A stretch of DNA of 8,182 nucleotides from Zestosphaera tikiterensis (GTDB lineage Archaea; Thermoproteota; Thermoprotei_A; Sulfolobales; NBVN01): positions 1 through 8,182 of the forward strand of contig NBVN01000013.1 in the NCBI GenBank assembly GCA_003056265.1. Direction: 5' to 3'. Shown piece by piece: positions 5,963 to 8,182 of the stretch. Each line of letters opens with the position of its first letter. The stretch's first letter is position 1. Made by a program: the position numbers and the translations under genes. The notes below the pieces were generated by a model. That model was not told the origin of the DNA. It was given only the letters and a program-made list of their open reading frames with translations, and searched no databases.

Positions 5963-6949
5963 ATGAGCCTCGTAAGACACACCTCTAAAAAAATAGCACA
6001 AGGTTTTTTTGTTATTATAATTTCAATCTCCATAATTTTCTTCCTTATAAATTTAGCGCCTGGAGATCCTATACAGTTCGTAGCTGGCGACCCCATATTT
6101 CTCTCTAAAGAACTTGTTGACTACTACAGAAAAATGTGGGGGCTTGATAAACCTCTTTACGAGAGGTTTCTTATATATCTCTCAAACGTTTTTCTTCGCG
6201 GAGATTTAGGGTATTCATATCGTTACTCAGCACCAGTTATAGAGTTGATTAAGGAGCGATTGCCTGTTACCTTACTTTTAACTGTAGTATCCAATGTTTT
6301 AGCATTCATTTTAGGTGTGGCCTTAGGGTTGTACGCGTCTAGAAAGTATACAAAACTATCAGACAACCTTTTATCGCTTGTTTCATTTATACTCAATTCT
6401 ACTCCGACGTTTCTTCTTGGTATTGTATTAATGCTGGCGTTTAGCATACATCTGAAGATATTCCCTGTATCAGGTCTTATAGATGTTAGGAACCCTAAGA
6501 CTGGTTTTATGTATTACTTTGACATACTATATCATTCTGTACTGCCAATAGCGACATTAACGTTTGTTTTACTACCTATGTACTTCAAAGTCGTTCGAGA
6601 TACAGCCCTACAGCAGCTGGGAGAGGATTATGTCATTTTATGCAGGGCTATCGGGTTAGACGAGGGTAGGATATTTAAGAAACACATATTCAGGAATTCC
6701 ATTTTACCACCGATTACTTTATTTATGTTGCAGTTAGGATACTCCGTTGCTGGTGCTGCCATAACAGAGACGGTTTTCGGATGGCCTGGAGTTGGTAGGC
6801 TTCTTCTTGATGCCATATATCAACGAGATTACCCAGTCATCTTGGGGGTATATCTGCTGGTAAGCATCTCTATAGTAGCACTAAGTATAATAGCTGACTT
6901 AGTTTACACGATTTTAGATCCTCGAATAAAAACCGGTGGTGCTTCATGA
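5963..6949 (+). CDS. ABC transporter permease, DppB/OppB-like (binding-protein-dependent transport inner-membrane component)
   Basis: 328 aa. The N-terminal motif FLINLAPGDPIQF is typical of DppB/OppB. It has multiple hydrophobic helices and the conserved cytoplasmic loop YVILCRAIGLDEGRIFKKHIFRNSILPP. It starts 7 nt after the binding-protein stop codon. Confidence 0.9.
   Translation: MSLVRHTSKKIAQGFFVIIISISIIFFLINLAPGDPIQFVAGDPIFLSKELVDYYRKMWGLDKPLYERFLIYLSNVFLRGDLGYSYRYSAPVIELIKERLPVTLLLTVVSNVLAFILGVALGLYASRKYTKLSDNLLSLVSFILNSTPTFLLGIVLMLAFSIHLKIFPVSGLIDVRNPKTGFMYYFDILYHSVLPIATLTFVLLPMYFKVVRDTALQQLGEDYVILCRAIGLDEGRIFKKHIFRNSILPPITLFMLQLGYSVAGAAITETVFGWPGVGRLLLDAIYQRDYPVILGVYLLVSISIVALSIIADLVYTILDPRIKTGGAS
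5987..6010 (+). other. A7-N10-T7 motif inside the first 50 nt of the first permease gene
   Basis: AAAAAAA (5987-5993), TAGCACAAGG, then TTTTTTT (6004-6010). This is the longest T-run I noticed on the coding strand of the plus-strand genes. It encodes ...KKIAQGFFV... Confidence 0.5.
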
Positions 6950-7812
6950 AAACACCTAGAAGGATTGAAAACACCTTTAAGAAAATCGTGGATTTCTTTA
7001 ACGAGCTGAGAAGAGATAGATACGGGTTAGTAGGTTTTGCTATGCTTTTATCAATAATTATTATAGCTCTACTAGTTCCGTATCTTCCAATACCCTACTT
7101 TAACGCTATGGAATACCCTCTTTTAAGTCCCCCAAACACTATGAACATATTCGGAACAGATAACTTAGGCAGGGATGTATTCTCTCGGACTTTATGGGGT
7201 GCTAGAACATCGTTAGCTGTAGGTTTCATATCCGCTGGCCTTTCTTCCATTATAGGCATACTCCTTGGTTCGTTAGCCGGCTACTTCAGAGGGAAAGTAG
7301 ATGATATAATTAGCGCTATTACAAACATATTTTTAACGATTCCAGCGTTCTTTTTATCTTTGGTACTTTTAGCAATATTTGGAAGCAGTATTTACTTAAT
7401 AATGTTAGTCATTGGATTAACTACATGGCCTACTACAGCTAGAGTTATGAGGGCTCAAGTCCTCTCAGTTAAGGAAAGAACCTTTGTTGAAGCCGCTAAA
7501 GCTATAGGAGCAAGTGATTTCAGAATTCTCTTTACGCATGTAATACCTCACGCATTACCTCCAGCGATAGCCTATACGATACTTCAGGTAGGTTCGGCCA
7601 TAATGATTGAAGCAGGACTTAGCTACTTAGGTTTAGGAGACCCTAACTATCCGAGCTGGGGTAGGATGATATACGAGGGTCAAACGTATATTATGTCAGC
7701 ACCTTGGATTTCGTTAATTCCTGGTATGTTCCTCGTATATACTGTGCTTAGCGTGAACTTTCTGGGTAACTCACTATTAAAGATTCTCTCGCCAAAGCTT
7801 AAACAAACTTAA
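6946..7812 (+). CDS. ABC transporter permease, DppC/OppC-like
   Basis: 288 aa. It has the FGTDNLGRDVFSR motif, the EAA loop FVEAAKAIGASDFRILFTHVIPHALPP (EAA codons 7489-7497) and LSYLGLGDPNYPSWG. A 4-nt ATGA overlap with the upstream permease (6946-6949) and GGTGGTG at 6935-6941 suggest translational coupling. Confidence 0.9.
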   Translation: MKTPRRIENTFKKIVDFFNELRRDRYGLVGFAMLLSIIIIALLVPYLPIPYFNAMEYPLLSPPNTMNIFGTDNLGRDVFSRTLWGARTSLAVGFISAGLSSIIGILLGSLAGYFRGKVDDIISAITNIFLTIPAFFLSLVLLAIFGSSIYLIMLVIGLTTWPTTARVMRAQVLSVKERTFVEAAKAIGASDFRILFTHVIPHALPPAIAYTILQVGSAIMIEAGLSYLGLGDPNYPSWGRMIYEGQTYIMSAPWISLIPGMFLVYTVLSVNFLGNSLLKILSPKLKQT

Positions 7813-7857
7813 AGAAGCAATCACATGTAAAACACTTCACTAATTGCTATCTCAACG

Positions 7858-7862
7858 TTTTT
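7858..7862 (+). terminator. Oligo-T tract (TTTTT), a candidate archaeal terminator for the transporter operon
   Basis: This is the first T5 run after the permease stop codon (7810-7812), 46 nt downstream. A weak inverted repeat, AGCAAT (7816-7821) / ATTGCT (7843-7848), precedes it. Confidence 0.35.
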
Positions 7863-7901
7863 CACAACTAAGGATTAACCGTAGAAGCTAAAACCTGGCT
7901 A

Positions 7902-7917
7902 TTTTAAAGTTTATTAA
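7902..7917 (+). promoter_or_regulatory. TATA-like elements upstream of the small ORF
   Basis: TTTTAAAG (7902-7909) and TTTATTAA (7910-7917) lie about 30-45 nt upstream of the GTG at 7948. Confidence 0.35.
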
Positions 7918-7947
7918 CTCTGAAATATCCTCCCCTCGGGGTAGGGA

Positions 7948-8139
7948 GTGGGCCTCGGTAGGGTTCTAGCTAAGTTTTTAGGCTCTCTACTATTTACAAT
8001 AGCTTTATTTGGGGTTATCACTATAATGTTTTCCTTAACCCCTGTTGGTTGGTCTTTAATACCTAATTTCCTACCTCTACTCCTCATCGTTTTGATGTCT
8101 ATCGTGCTGACGTGTATTCAATTAAGCACTTCTTCTTAA
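7948..8139 (+). CDS. Hypothetical small membrane protein (63 aa, two predicted transmembrane helices); coding status uncertain
   Basis: The ORF starts at GTG. It has a basic N-terminus (R5, K9) followed by two hydrophobic stretches, FLGSLLFTIALFGVITIMFSL and LIPNFLPLLLIVLMSIVLTCI. TATA-like elements sit at a suitable distance. I recognise no family. Its first 45 nt overlap a repeat that is also present in a non-coding spacer, which lowers confidence. Confidence 0.35.
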   Translation: MGLGRVLAKFLGSLLFTIALFGVITIMFSLTPVGWSLIPNFLPLLLIVLMSIVLTCIQLSTSS

Positions 8140-8182
8140 CAGCCGTCGTTTACATCTAATCATGTCTTGTTTAACTCCTCTA

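Noticed and set aside
2062-6816. Remaining short track ORFs (2062-2259, 3208-3393, 3239-3442, 4608-4811, 5351-5545, 5887-6096, 6223-6447, 6628-6816, all on the minus strand)
   Set aside because: Each is 61-74 aa and embedded antisense in a strongly supported plus-strand gene. None has a recognisable motif or promoter context.
7950-8025. tRNA-like start GGGCCUCGGUAGGG
   Set aside because: There is no D-arm or T-arm (GTTCRA) consensus and no complementary acceptor 3' strand. It is not a tRNA.
8122-8181. Open minus-strand frame entering from the right edge (…RGVKQDMIRCKRRLLRRSA*), and a plus-strand ATG at 8162
   Set aside because: Only 20 or fewer codons are visible and there are no motifs. 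I cannot decide whether either belongs to a real gene.
1-8182. Looked for CRISPR arrays, IS or transposon ends, integrases, toxin-antitoxin pairs and defence-type genes
   Set aside because: I found no regularly spaced repeats, terminal inverted repeats, or ORFs with nuclease, ATPase or recombinase motifs. All large ORFs have conventional metabolic or transport assignments.

Overview
AT-rich sequence (roughly 38-40% GC by eye) that looks archaeal, probably from a crenarchaeal thermophile. The signs are TATA-box-like elements about 25 nt upstream of start codons (leaderless-style), GGTGA-type Shine-Dalgarno motifs before internal operon genes, heavy AGG/AGA/ATA/TTA codon use, and a secreted binding protein with a Thr/Ser-rich stalk and a C-terminal membrane anchor. 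The content is a peptide scavenging and degradation locus. (1) On the minus strand at the left edge is the 5' end of a PLP-dependent Orn/DAP/Arg-family decarboxylase that looks like LysA. (2) A 353-bp non-coding spacer follows. (3) On the minus strand is an M14-type zinc carboxypeptidase. (4) Transcribed divergently from it are an S9 acylaminoacyl/prolyl-oligopeptidase-family serine peptidase and a family-5 (Dpp/Opp-type) ABC substrate-binding protein with two permeases. (5) After a T5 tract comes a possible 63-aa two-helix membrane ORF. I see no CRISPR array, rRNA or tRNA gene, transposase, integrase or recognisable defence genes, and I cannot honestly point to a new multi-gene system. The items that deserve a second look are smaller. 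Part of the long spacer shares collinear short identities with the 3' end of the second permease gene and the region downstream of it. The decarboxylase has no in-frame start codon, apparently because of a 1-nt problem in an A-run. The M14 peptidase is cytoplasmic and carries a long helical C-terminal extension. The importer has no ATPase genes where they normally sit. A GC-rich direct repeat and G-tract cluster overlaps the start of the small ORF. A T7 run lies just inside the first permease gene.
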